From Felis catus (Eukaryota), in assembly GCF_018350175.1 (NCBI RefSeq), contig NC_058369.1, forward strand, positions 2,358,001 through 2,422,000: a stretch of 64,000 nt of DNA, in the 5' to 3' direction. The position numbers were made by a program, and so were the translations under genes. Positions 11,301 through 24,109 of the stretch are shown piece by piece (position 1 is the stretch's first letter; every line of letters begins with the position of its first letter). The notes beneath the pieces were generated by a model, which saw only the letters and a list, made by a program, of their open reading frames with translations, was not told the origin of the DNA and did not search any database.

Positions 11301-12262
11301 CCAGAATCCCTGGCACGTCGGTGGGTGGTAAGGGCTATGGAGCAAGTGAAGCAGCAGCGGGGAGGGCCGGGAAGGTGCGATTTTCAAACAGGGGAAGGTC
11401 CGAGAGGCCTCCTTAACCACAGAGAGGACCTGAAGGTGAGAGGGGCGAGCCGGCAGGGATGGAGGCTGGCAGCTTACTCAAGGAGGCAGGAATAACAAGT
11501 GCAAAGGCCCTGAGGCAGCGAGCCAGCGAGCCTGGTACTGAGAAGCAGGGCAGGGAAAGAGGGCAGGGAGGCAGGGCAGGCAACTTCACGCATTCACACA
11601 GGGGCCCTGCCCTCAGAAGGGCCTGCGCTTGGGTTCGTGACCTGCTGTTGGGGCCTGGAAATTCCTCATCGTTTTCGAACGAGGGGGTCTCACAGTGTTG
11701 TTCTATAGCTGGGCCACGCAAATTCTGTAGCTGGTGCCAGGGGCATTCCAGATGGTGCAGGGCCTTGGAGGCTGCTGGGAGGAGTTGGGCTTTTACTCCG
11801 AGGGAGGCAGGGAGGCTGGAGCCCTGGCCCCATCAGGGCCGGCCTAACTGGGATTTTGATAGGATCTCACTTGCTGTGGAGAACAGGCCCCAAAGAAGCT
11901 AGTGAAATAATGCCCAACTAATCCGGCAAGTGCTAAATACAGGCTCTTAATCGCCACCATCAACTCTGCAGCTCTGGTTATTTGGTACTTTTTTGGGCCT
12001 TTGGTTTTTTGGGCCTTTTTTTGGGCCTTGGGTTTTCCCAGTCTGTAAAATGGAGAGTCAGGATCCCAGACACCTTTCCTGGGCAGATGAAAAGGCCAGA
12101 CCGGTATGAGATGAAAAAGCAAAACGTAAGGCCTCGTCCTGCCCTCCCCCAAAGCCCTTCGAGATAAACAATACTTTAATACGATATCTTTTAAAATAAA
12201 AACTAATGCCAAAAATATTCACGATGAGCCGAATGTCAGTGCGTTAAATAAAGACAGCATCT

Positions 12263-12494
12263 GGGGCGCCTGGGTGGCGCAGTCGGTTAAGCGTCCGACT
12301 TCAGCCAGGTCACGATCTCGCGGTCCGTGGGTTTGAGCCCCACGTCGGGCTCTGGGCTGATGGCTCGGAGCCTGGAGCCTGTTTCCGATTCTGTGTCTCC
12401 CTCTCTCTCTGCCCCTCCCCCGTTCATGCTCTGTCTCTCTCTGTCCCAAAAATAAATAAACGTTGAAAAAAAAAAATTAAAAAAAAAAAAAAAA
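12263..12494 (+). mobile_element. Young full-length felid SINEC_Fc-type element
   Basis: GGGGCGCCTGGGTGGCGCAGTCGGTTAAGCG head, long poly-A tail, AGCATCT flanking both ends (partial TSD). Confidence 0.92.
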
Positions 12495-14819
12495 GCATCT
12501 GATGGGGCCAGAGATGAGTTAGGAAGACGTGGGTCCCCCTAGTCCCAATGCTGTGAGAAAAAAAGGAACAAATGTTTGCAAAGCTTCTTCCACATTCCTA
12601 TCAGGTTCTGGAATCCGTGGACCCCACAAATGCAATCAGAGTCCCCGATGGGGGCGGCCTATAGAATTTTCAGGCAGAGCATGATGAAAATGCAGGCCTC
12701 TTGCTGAAAAATGATTAGGAGTTTAGGCGTTTCAGGATGTTGACAACAGGGCATTAAGCCGAGTGCCGGGTCCCGTGGGACGACATGAGCCTCACGCCAG
12801 GCGCCCTTTCCCTTGGGAAGCCCCCTGGGGCTGAGCCTGCTCTGGGTAGGCACATCCCAATACTCGGGCATTTGGGGACCCAACACTCCCATTTTAGCAG
12901 ACCCCAGATGTGGCTGGCAGGGTCAGAGCTGGATGCAGAGACCCCAAGTCCGGTGGGGTCAGGGCTGGGCCTTCCAGTAGGTGGAGAGGCCCAGAATTGT
13001 GTCCCAGACCATGAACAAAAACCAACCGATCCACCTGTCTATGTTTTTCACTATGTACCAGGCTCTGCTTAATGCACTTTGACCTTAGGTATCATGACAT
13101 CGGAAAGATGGGGAAATGAAGGCACCAAGAGGTTAAGGTCACCTGGTCAAAATCATCCAGCGAGACGATGGCAGGGCCAGGATGTGAAGCCAAGTACCCG
13201 GGCCTTTAACCACTGTGCGTCACTGCCTCTCCAGGTGGGATGTGGAGGCGGGGCACGGTGGCATAGGCCGGAGGGGCCCCAGGAGGCTTGAGGAAGCAGA
13301 ACCCCACATTCTGGACTGAGGGGTAGGCCTTTTACCCAGAGGGCACCAGGGAGCCATGGGAAGCTTTACAGCAGGGTTTCTCAGCAGCCTCTGCACCCTT
13401 GCCGTGCCGGCCTGGATCGTTGTCTGTGGGGGCCCCTCCTGGGCACCCCACGTGGTGCCAGGAGCACCCCCATCTGCCCAGTGTTGACAAGCAGAAGTGT
13501 GGGCAGTCGCGGAGTGTCCCCAGGGGCCAGATCGTCCCCAGCTGAGAGGCCCTGGAAGGCCGTGTGCTGGGTGGCCGAGTGGGGGACAGGGTGGGAGGCC
13601 GGGAGACGAGGTGGGGTGCCCATAGTAAGGCTGGAGGGGGGGGACAGGCTGGGCCGGGCCCTGCGCGGAGGAGTAGCAGGTGCGGGAAAGGCAGGGAGAG
13701 TGTTCAGGACGGAACAGTCTTGACTGTCTAATTAATCTGGAGGGATTGGGGCTTCCGAGGATCTTACAATGGGGGGCATCCTCCGGTCCCACCCAACCCC
13801 GCCTCTGCACCGGCATCCTGGTGTTTCCTCTGCTCCAGGGTGGGGGGGGCCACATCTGGGGGGGCAGGTCGGAGCAGGGATCTATCTGTCTCGTGGATCC
13901 AACCGTCTGAGACCAGCCTCTCAGCCTGCTTACAAATGAGCGCCGGGCCCCGCGGCCTCCGGGGCAGAGCCAGGCACTGGCTGGTGCATGATGGATGGGC
14001 TGCAGGGCCATTAATCACAGGCGGGGGAGGAAACAGGTGGCCACCGCGGGCTCGGCCCCGGACCTCCCTCCGGTAGGGCTGGTGGAGGTGGGGCCTCCGC
14101 TGCCCAGCTCCGGGTTTGAGCCCTTGGCCCGCCCTAACCTGGCTACGTGACTTGGGACAGTGTGACTTTCCTACTTTGCACTCTCACCCCCCCCCCCCCC
14201 CCACATGGAGCTGGTATTCATTCACTCCCTCAGTAAGTATCTACCGCACCTACTGTGGGCCGGGTGGGATTCTAAGTGGAGGTTTATGGCGCTGACGGGG
14301 GGGGGGGGGGGGGGAGATGGAAATCCCTCCCCTTGCAGAGCTAATAGGCTTTAAAAACTTGGCTCAAGCCCTGCGTTTCCTCTGCCCATAGCCCCCCAGA
14401 GCTCCCATCTCCCTGGGGTAAAAGCCGAGTCCTCCCCACGGCCCCCAAGGCCCTGCTCGAACCGTAGCATCCCCGACCTGCCCTGCCCTCCGCCCTCTCT
14501 CCCCTTCACTCCCTCTGCTCTGGCCACACGGGTCCCAACACCCCCGGCCCGGTCCTGCCCCCGGACCTTTGCACAGGCAACTTCCTCTGCCTGGGATACT
14601 CATCCCCAAATGCCACTTTGGCTCATTCTTTCCTTTCTTTCCAGCCTTGGCTTAAAGGTCACCTTCTCAATGAGGCCTCATTGTGACTTCCCTCTTTAAT
14701 TCTCGCAGGGCCGGGACTAGGACAAGTGCACTTTTGAGTGAGGCACTTTCTTCAGGCATAACATTTAAGGGGGCACCAAAAATCTCAGTCTACGTGCTAA
14801 ACACTATTTTCACGCAACT

Positions 14820-15590
14820 TTTTTTTTTTTTTTTTTTATTGTGGTAAAAGGTACGTAACATTTACCACGGGAGACATTTAATCCATTCGCCACGTTGTAC
14901 GATGATCACCTTTAGTTCCGGAACATTCTGTCACTTCAAAAAAGAAGCCCTGTGCCCATCAGCAGTCACTCCCCATCCCCATGCCTCCGCCCCCGGCACC
15001 CACGAGCCCCCTTCCCATCTGTGGATGGGCCCGTTTGGGACGTTTGACACACGTGGACTCCCGCCCCGTGTGGCCTCTCGTGTCTGGTTCCCTCCCTGGG
15101 CGTCCTGTGTTCAGGGTTCGTCCTCGGGGTGGCGGGTGCGGGCGCCTCGCTCCTGTTTGTGGCCGAGGGCCGTGTCCCTGCCTGCACAGACCACGTGCTT
15201 GCATCGTGTGCCCACTGATGGACACTCGGGGTGATTCCACTTTTTGGCTGTTGTCAGTCCCGCTGTTGTGCACGCTTGTGCGTGAGTCTTCACGCGGATG
15301 ACTAATTTCCTTTCTCTCGGATGGATCCCCAGAAGTGGAACTGCTGGGTCACCATGGTAATTCTACGTTTCATTTCCGAGGAGCCGCTCAACGGTTTCCC
15401 CCGCGGCGCTGCCCCATGTCACGTCCCCCCCCCCCCCGCAGCGTCCCTCCCCGCCAGCCGAGCGCGAGGCTGTCGATTTCTCCACATCGCCGCCAACACT
15501 CGCTGTTGTCCCTTTTGGAGAAAAGAAAACTCAATAACCATTCTGGTGGGTGAAAAGCGGTATCTCGATGCAGTTTTGATTTGCAGAAGG
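14820..15590 (-). mobile_element. Old LINE-1 (L1MB-like) 3' fragment, GC-enriched
   Basis: T-tail, TTATTGTGGTAAAA, CCGGAACATT...GCAGTCACTCCCC, GTTTTGATTTGCA; family assignment from recall. Confidence 0.7.
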
Positions 15591-16966
15591 CAATATTTGA
15601 ACAAACCGAAATTAATGAGAAACTTTCCGTGACGGGCAACATTTCGAAATGTTCGTAAGAACGGGATCCAGTCCTGCACGCGCTGCCCGCCGCACCTGTT
15701 CCCCCCGGCCCCTTGCCAGTCCTGTGGCAGCGTGCCCTTGCTCCCGGGCCCCCTTCCCCAAACCGGTAACAGCTCAACGTTTTCTCCCAGTTGGAGGACT
15801 CCTCGCTGTTGGACGCAGGAAGTGTGTGACGCGTTGCTTTGGTCGACTCTCTAGAATTAACCCCCGGAATGTCAGCTCCCGGAGGCAGGGGTTTTTGTCT
15901 GCCTCCTTCACTGCTGGATCCCCAGCGCCTAGAACGGTGCCTGCCTCGCCCGAAGTGCTGGACAAATGGTGAATGGATGAATGAACAAAGCAACGAACGG
16001 ATGGACGGGCGGGTTGGAAGGATCCCCCCAAGACGGACCCGGAAAAGCACTTTGTACCCGGTGCTGGCACAGGCCACCTGGATTCAAGGTGCTCGGTCTG
16101 CTGGGATCCTCCGATTGGCCGGGCTTGGGTCACATGACACGCGCTGGCTGGCAGGCCTTCTCTGGCCTCTTCTTTCCCACCAGGAAAAACAAACCAACGC
16201 TGAAATCAGTCTGTATTATATCACCCTGCTTTATTATTATTTTCAGCGGCGCGTGTGGCGCTGGAAAGATCACGTTGAGCTGTGGCCGTCTGTGTTGTCC
16301 TTCAGCCCCGTCCTGTCTTATTTTCCGTGGTGTCCCAGCACAGAGCTGGGGCCCGGGGTCCGGCAAAAAGTATTTTAGGTATTTCTGGAATGAACGAATG
16401 GCGTGGTAATTATTTCCTCCATGTTGCAGGTGAGGCTCTGGAGGGCGAGGACAGGTTCTGTTACTTACGTATCTGCCTTCTTCATCCCCAGAGCTCAGCC
16501 ACTCCACAAGCATTTAGTAGGCGCCCCCTGTGTGTGTCTGACCCTGGTCTACATCCTAGGGCTACAGTGACCCACTCAGACCCTGACCTCACAGTCCAGC
16601 AGGGGAGCGAGACGCGAATTAAGTAACAAACACAGATAGGCTGTTATGGTCCACGAGTGACCTCACTGGGCCCAGCTTCACAAACGTACCCAGAATCAAG
16701 CGGTCCCCGAATTTGTCCCCCATGCAGGAGCCTCCTGAGGCGGCCCTGTGTCATTTGAAATGGCCGCCCCCCTCTCTGAGCCTTCTGTCTGGCCCCACCA
16801 GACCATCCAAGCCCACCTGTCCTCCGGGCCCCGCTCCTGGTCTCAGCTGTCTCTCCGGGGAGCCTGGTTCCTTTGGAACGGGAATGATATTTGGGATCCA
16901 AGAACAGGCTGCCGGGATGTGTTCAGACTTCTGGGATTTGCTGTTCCCAGACCCTTCCAGTGAGCG

Positions 16967-16968
<2 letters not shown>

Positions 16969-17016
<48 letters not shown>
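16969..17016. repeat. (CA)n microsatellite followed by a degenerate (ATCT)n region to ~17190
   Basis: Direct inspection. Confidence 0.9.
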
Positions 17017-17019
<3 letters not shown>

Positions 17020-17629
17020 TATTCACGTGTGTGCATCTAAATCTATAATCTGTCGATCTATTGATTGACATCCATTGAGCTCATGTATTATCTACCCGTG
17101 TGTTTCTGCATCATCTATCCAGCTGTCTGTCTATCTTGTTATCTATGATCTATTGGTCATCTGTCTCTCGGCTGCGTATCTGTCTTACCTCTCAGCTGTC
17201 TCTCTTGGGCACTGTGAGTCCCCCTGACCCCTCCGATCCCATTCCGGCACCCCAGGATTTATTCCTTCCCTCTTCCCATAGTTTATCTCCTTCTCCAGCA
17301 GGGGAACCAGGTTCAGGGGGAGAGTTTTGTTTTGTTTTGTTTTGTTTGCCTGGTTCAGGGGGAGAGTTTTGAAGACAGAGATGAGGTGGTGTCCCTCCCT
17401 GGGAAAGAGCCTCCCTGGACTTCCTAACACATTTAAATATTTTTTTTAAGTTTATTTAAACTTAAAAAGAGAGAGAGAGAGAGAAAGCATGAGTGGGGAA
17501 GGAGCAGAGAAAAGGGCAGAGAGACAGAATCTCGAGCCCGACGCGGGGCTCGAACCCACAAACCGCGAGATCATGACCTGAGCCCAAGCCCAAGTGTGTA
17601 TGCTGAGGAAGCAAGTGCCCTAATGTAGT

Positions 17630-18080
17630 GTCCATGAGACCCAAAGTCCTCCCCGTGGCCCCCAAGGCCTAGCATGACCTGCCCCGTCCCCTCCCTGCCC
17701 CCCCTCCTCCCTCTCTCCCCCTCGTTTGGTCTGCTCCAGCTCGGTTCCTCCAACACGCCAGACCCAGTCCTGCCCCAGGGCCTTTGCACAGGCTGTGCCC
17801 CCTGCCTGGGAGGCTCTCCCTCTGGAACTCTCCTGGCCCAGCCCTTCCTGCAGGTCTCAGCTCAGGAATCACTCCCTCACACAGGTGGCCTTGGGCCTCC
17901 CTAAAATAGCCCCATGTCCATTCCCTCACCTTTCCCCGTTTTTCTTTATAGGAACACCTCTGCCTTTATATTTTCCTTTATGTGTTTATTGTCTCCACTA
18001 GAAAGTCGGCTCCACAAGGCCGGGATGTAGGCTCTTACTCCCTGCACAGAGCTTGCCACACAGTAGGTGCTCAGTAAATC
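17630..18080 (+). mobile_element. LINE-2 3' fragment
   Basis: CAGGGCCTTTGCACAGGCTGT...; ends CACAGTAGGTGCTCAGTAAAT. Confidence 0.72.
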
Positions 18081-18149
18081 CTACTTGCTGTGAAGGTGAA
18101 GGTCGTTTTCCTCAGGACTGAGCTGCCCAGGCAAAGCAGGACGCAGCTT

Positions 18150-18510
18150 GGTCAGCCCGGGGCTGCCGTAACCAGACAGCACACGGTTGGGCCGCTTACG
18201 AACCATAAGCACTATTTCCCACAGTTCCGAGGCTAGGAAGTCCAAGATCAAGGTGCTGGCAGATGAGGTCTGGTGAGAGCTCTCTCCCCGGCTTGCAAAC
18301 AGCTGCTGGCCGGCTGTGTCCTCCGGGGATGGGGGTGGGGGGTGGGGGGCGCTTTCCTCCAGGCCTGCAGCTCCCCTTATCACCAGGCCACCAAGTGCTC
18401 TCAGATCGGGCCCTCACTCACCTGATTACCTCCTCCGAGCCCCACCTCCAGATGCACCCACACTGGGGTCAGGGCCGCCCCACAGGAATTGGGGGGACAC
18501 GATTCGGCCC
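18150..18510. mobile_element. MLT1-like (MaLR) solo LTR; similar fragments at ~23470-23820, ~38140-38600, ~56820-57160
   Basis: GGCTGCCGTAAC...CACAGTTCCGAGGCTAGGAAGTCCAAGATCAAGGTG motif; family assignment from recall. Confidence 0.65.
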
Positions 18511-18669
18511 ACGGTATAGTTCTACTGGAACACGTGGCCTGTTCGTCCCTGGAGCACGTGGCCTGTGTGGAGCCCTGGAGCCCCAGGAAGGGCAGACAGC
18601 GGCCTTGAGAGCCGCAGCTCGGCGCGGGAGGCGGGCATTTATCTGATTACCACTCTAATGAGGCCCTTC

Positions 18670-18820
18670 CCAGCCAGGGCGATTCTGCCTCCAGGGGACG
18701 TTTGGCAACATCAGGGGACATCTGTGGCTGTCACACCGGGGACACTGCTCCCGGTCTGGAATGGGTGGGGGCCAGGGATGCCCCACAGACAGTGACCTCC
18801 GGATGTCGATGTCGGCCGTG
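18670..18820. mobile_element. MER20-like hAT fragment; further copies at ~25350-25520 (opposite orientation) and ~50135-50325
   Basis: GGGCGATTCTGCCTCCAGGGGACGTTTGGCAAC...GGCCAGGGATGC. Confidence 0.65.
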
Positions 18821-19699
18821 CTGGGGCGGGAGAGCTCTGCGGTGTCTGATAAGAGCCAAATGGCAAATTGAGAGAAGAGGGGCGGGGGGTTTCTTTCCAG
18901 GAGAGCTTTTAACAATGGAACTGACCTTGGCTGGGGGCTGGGAGGTCAGAGGGCTTCCCCCAAAGTGAAGGGGGTGGGGGTTACCTAGGTGACAAGTGCT
19001 CAGGTGGAGAAGACAGCTTGTGCCAAGGCCCGGGGAGGGGACGAGGCAGGGAGAGGGAGGGGACAGACCACCCAGGTGCTTGGACTCCACCTTCATCTGG
19101 GGCTGCTGGGGAGCCACGGAAGGTTTTCAGGTATCACAAGAGGGCAACACGGTCCCATTTGGCTTTGGAGACCTCCCTCTGGCTCCTTCCAGTCAGCAGG
19201 ATGCAGGGTGGCCTCCTGACTTTTGTGGGTTCCTTCCTCCACGAACAACATTAAAGAGTATATTTTATGATGGCGTTGGTATACAGACTGACATAACCCA
19301 GGGTGGAAATACAATGATCTGTTCGTGGTTACTGTAGTCGCCGTTTTCTTCTGATTCTAGAGGGAATGAAAACATTTTCACAGGCCCCTAAACTGTCGTC
19401 GGCCCTGGGCACTGCTTAGTGGACATGCTGGCCAGGCAGGAAAAGCGACCCGGAGAGCAGAGAGGCGCTGGACCGGGGTGGGGGCTTGGCGAGGAGGGAA
19501 GGGGCTGGGTCTGAAGGAGATTCAGATCACCACTGACCGGGCTACCGGGGTGGGTTGGGGGGCGGGGGGGAGGTGGCAGGGACGGACGGCAGAGCCATCC
19601 TGGAAGCCAGCCGGCCTGGCAGACGGGGCCGGGGGCACGGGCAAATCCGGCTTGCGAACTCAGTGAGACGCCCTCAAAAGTTAGCCAAGGAGGGGAAAA

Positions 19700-20290
19700 T
19701 TAGACACGCAGGACCTCATGGAAATTAAGCACCATCGAGAGAATAAAAGACAATAAGAGAGAATAAAAAGACAATTCACAGAATGGGAGAAAACCGCTGC
19801 AAATCCTGAGAAGACTCCATTGTCCAGCATATATAAAGAACTCCCACAATTCAACAACACAAGATAAAGCACCCCGTGCAAGACCGGGCGAAGGACCTGA
19901 ATGGACCCGGCTCCAGAGGTGACCCGCGAATGGCCGAGAAGCGCATGAAAAGATGCCCCACCCCCCTGGCCGTCAGGGAAATGCAAATCGAAACCTCGGT
20001 GAGACGCCCCTTCACACCCACTGGGACGGAAAACACCAGCGTGGCTGAGGATGTGCAGGAATCGGGGCGGCCACTGGGGAAAACACCCCGGCAGTCCTTA
20101 AAGACTTACACACGGAGTCACCGGCTGACCGGGCACATCCACCGCTGGGTACGGACCCAAGAGATTTGAAAGCGGGGACCCCCACAGACCCCAGCGCCCC
20201 CACGTTGATAGCAGAAGTCTGTATAATAGCCCAAGTAGAAACAAACGTCTGTGAGCAGACACGGGATCAACAAAAGTTTACCGTTTCAAC
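19700..20290 (+). mobile_element. Old LINE-1 fragment (end of ORF2/3' UTR), degenerate
   Basis: ACAGAATGGGAGAAA...ATATATAAAGAACTCC...AGGGAAATGCAAATCGAAACC motifs. Confidence 0.75.
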
Positions 20291-20324
20291 CATTTTTTAC
20301 TAAAAATTTTTTAAATGTTTATTT

Positions 20325-20500
20325 AATAATATTTATTATAATATAATATAATATAATATAATATAATATAATATAATATAATATAATAATATATGAATAT
20401 AATATAATAATAATATATGAATATAATATAATATAATATAATATATTATAATACAATATAAATATAATAATATTTATTTATAATGTTTATTAAATAATAT
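20325..20500. repeat. AT-only minisatellite (ATAATATA/AATAATATAT)n expanded in a SINE tail
   Basis: Direct inspection; 10-bp periodicity at 20341-20385. Confidence 0.9.
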
Positions 20501-21280
20501 TTATTTTTGAAGGAGAAAGAGACAGAGTGTGAATGGGGGAAGGGCAGAGAGAGGGAGACACAGAATCCGAAGCAGGCTCCAGGCTCTGAGCTGTTAGCAC
20601 AGAGCCCGACGAGGAGCTCGAACATATGAACCGTGAGATCATGACCTGAGCCGAAGACGGTCGCTTAGCCGACTGAGCCACCTAGGTGCTCCTATTTTAG
20701 CCATTTAAAAAAAAAAAAAAAAATTTTTTTTATTAAAATTTTTTTTCAACATTTATTATTTATTTTTGGGACAGAGAGAGACAGAGCGTGAACAGGGGAG
20801 GGGCAGAGAGAGAGGGAGACACAGAATCGCAAACAGGCTCCAGGCTCTGAGCCATCAGCCCAGAGCCTGATGCGGGGCTCGAACTCACGGACCGTGAGAT
20901 CATGACCTGGCTGAAGTCGGATGCTTAACCGACTGCGCCACCCAGGCGCCCCCCCCCCAAAAAAATTTTTTTTAATGTTTATTTATTTTTGAGAGAGACA
21001 GAGAATGCGAGTGGGTTAGGGGCAGAGAGAGAGAGGGAGACACAGAATCGGAAACAGACTCCAGGCTCTGAGCCATCAGCCCAGAGCCTGACGCGAGGCT
21101 CGAACTCACAGACCTCGAGATCATGACCTGAGCCGAAGTCGGCCGCCTAACCGACTGAGCCACCCAGGCGCCCCTCGGATATTTTTTTAAAGTAATCTCT
21201 GCCCTCAGCGTGGGGCTCAAACTCCCGACCCCGAGATCAGGAGTCGCGGGGCCCTCCTGGCTGAGCCAGCCACCGGCCCC
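20490..21280 (-). mobile_element. Head-to-tail cluster of three full CAN-SINEs and one partial
   Basis: Repeated reverse-complement SINE bodies ending ...CACCCAGGCGCCCC at ~20692, ~20950, ~21174. Confidence 0.88.
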
Positions 21281-21289
21281 TTAACCGCG

Positions 21290-22090
21290 TCTAAGCGCCC
21301 AGCTCAGCGGCATCAGGCGCACTCACACCGTCGTGCGCCCACCCTCCATCCGTCTCCAGAACTTTCCATCTCCCCAGACTGAGACCCTGTCCCCACGAAG
21401 CACCGACTCCCCACCCCTGGCTCCCACCATCCGCTCTCTGTCTCTGTGGACTGGACTCCTCCGGGGGGGCCCCTGTGCGTGGGGTCACGCGGGACGTGTC
21501 CTTCTGTGCCTGGCTCCTGTCACCGTGCACAGTGGCCTCCAGGTTCATTCACCTTGGTGACTAGTACATTCACTGGGTTGTGCAACCATCACCAGTATCT
21601 AATTCCAGAACATTCCATCACCCCCAAAGGCATCCCCATTAGTTGTCACCTCAGCCCCTCCCCCAGCCCCCACGAGCCCCCCTTCCTGTCCCTGGATGGG
21701 CCTGTTCTGGACGTTTCACGCCCCGTGTGGCCTCTCGTGTCCGGTTCCCTCTCTGAGCATCGCGTGTTCGGGCTCCGTCCGCGGGGCTGTGGGGGTGGGC
21801 GCCTCGCTCCTGCTCGCGGCCGAGGGACGTGCGCGTGCGCGGTGGCCACGTTCATCTGTGGACGTGCGCGTGCGCGGTGGATGCACCTGAGGGGCGTGCG
21901 CGTGCGCGGTGGACACGTCGCGTGTGTCCCTTCCTTGGTGGGTGGACCTTGGATTGCACCCGCTGTGGGCTGTTATGAATCCCGCTGCTGTGCACACGCG
22001 TGTGCAGGTTTTTGTGTGGACACACGTTTTCATTTCTCTTGGGGGAACATGGAGTGGAATCGCTGGGGCAGATGGAAACTCCGTGTGGCA
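21290..22090 (-). mobile_element. Two adjacent GC-rich L1MB-like 3' fragments
   Basis: CCAGAACTTTCCATC and CCAGAACATTCCATCACCCC starts; TTTTCATTTCTCTTGGG. Confidence 0.7.
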
Positions 22091-24109
22091 CTTTTTGTTT
22101 TAATTTTTAAAAATTATTTTTAAGTTTATTTATTTGAGAGAGAGAGAGAGAATGAGTGGGAGAGGGGCAGAAAGAGAGGGAGAGAGAGAATCCCAAGCAG
22201 GCTCCTCGCTGTTAGAACAGAGCCTGACGTGGTCTCGAACTCATGGACCCGAGCCAAAACTGAGAGTCAGCCGCTTAAGTGACTGAGCCACCCAGGGCCC
22301 CCCTCCTCGCGCCACTTTTTGAAGAACCGCCAGACTGTCTCCCACGGCGGCTGCCCCTCCCCCAGCCCCACCTCACTAGGGACCGTCAGCCCCTCAGTCT
22401 TGGAACCCGGGGCAGTGCTCCGGTGTCATGTGGTCCGGCCTGCTGCACAGCCGTCCCCTGCTTCTCGGCCCTCGCCAGCTTGGCCTGCAGCGGGGAGGCC
22501 TGAGAAAGACAGACAGACAACGCTCTTGACCTCCAGGGGTGGCAGGGGCCTCCTGCGTGCTGCGCGCTCGGTATTCTTCGTGTATTAATTCATTCACTAG
22601 GATTCATTCATTCCATCTTGCAAATGCGGGCGATCGAGGCTTAGTTAGGGACAGTGGGGCCCGGCCGCTTGCCACCCAGCCTGGTTGGGGGCAGGGAGAG
22701 GGGCACCCAGGCCTCCAGGGCTGATGCCACCGGCCGAGGTTGTGCTGGACAATGCGTTTGTTTTTATGCTTTCCCTTCTCCCGGGGCTTCTGGCTGCACC
22801 CTCGGGAGCCAGGCGCTGGCAGGGCCGGGAGCTTGTTGGGGTGTTTAAGGCCTTTAAAAGGTGTAGCCGGTATTTCCCTGGGGCCGTGTGGTAATTGGGG
22901 ACCGGGATTAGGAGGCTGCTGCCAGGGGGTGTGTCTCTGGGGGACATCTGGGGACATCTGGGGACTGTGGGGAGCAGGAGGTATGGCTGCCCACCCACCC
23001 TGCCCTCCGGAGGTCCCCAGGGGCCAAGTGCCAGGTGCGGCTTTGTGACCGGTGGGCTGTGTGGGCTCTGGATAAGGGTCCGTCCCTCTCTGGGCGTCCT
23101 TCTCTCTAGTGGATGAGAAGACTTTGTATTGCCGCAGGACCCGGTTCCCCCCGTCCTGGCTCCTTGGTGCCCAGACGCCCTCAGCCGGTCCCCCTGACGA
23201 CGTAAATCCCACCCCTTCGTCATAAGTGGAAGTGGCCAAGGTCCCCAAATGCACTCATGCCCCCAGTGTTGTTCCAAGTGCTTGAGGTGGGCACTGTTAT
23301 CTCTCCCATTTTGCGGCGGAGGCAACTGAGACCCAGAGGCCCAGAGAATTCGAGCCACGGGCCCGGGAGCACACAGCCAGTGGCCAGAAGAGGCAGGATT
23401 TGAACCTCAACCACCACGCGGACACCCCTAGCCAGTATTTCCTGTTGAATGTATGTGCTCGCTGTTTTGAGTGGTTTGCGGTGAACTGTGTCCCCACCAC
23501 AGGATTCTGTGGAAGCCCTGACCCCCAGGGGGACGGTGTTTGGAGGTGGGCCTTTGGGGGGGGGGGGTGTCAGGGTTAGGTGAGGTCAGAGGCTGGGGCC
23601 TTGCCAGGATGGGTGCCCTGGGAAGGGGATGAGGCGCTAAAGCGCTGTCCCCTCCACGTGAGCGCACAGCCAGAAGGCGGCCACTGCCGCCCCAGGAGAG
23701 AACCCTCACCAAACATTGACCCGCCTGGCACCTTGATCTCCAGGACCACGAGGAAATAAATGTCAGGTGTTTAAGCCACCCAGCCTGCGGTATTTTGTTC
23801 CAGCCGCCCAAGCAAACTGAGACAAGTTATATCGTTTAATCTCCAGAGAAGCCCCAGGAAGACGGTTGAGGAGACCCCGAGGCTCAGAGAGGGCAAGACG
23901 CCTCCGTTAGGTCGCACAGCTGGGAACTGACAGAGGCGAGGTTCCAACTTCAGACCAGGGTGACCAGTTCTCAAGCCCATCCGTTTCCCCCAACCTTCTC
24001 CATGACCCCGCAGACCCCTCCAGGGAGGCAGTTTGGTGTCATGGTTAAGAGACTTATGCGGGTTGAAATCCTCAGTCTGGCATTCTTTTCTCGTTTAGTT
24101 TTTTCTTTT

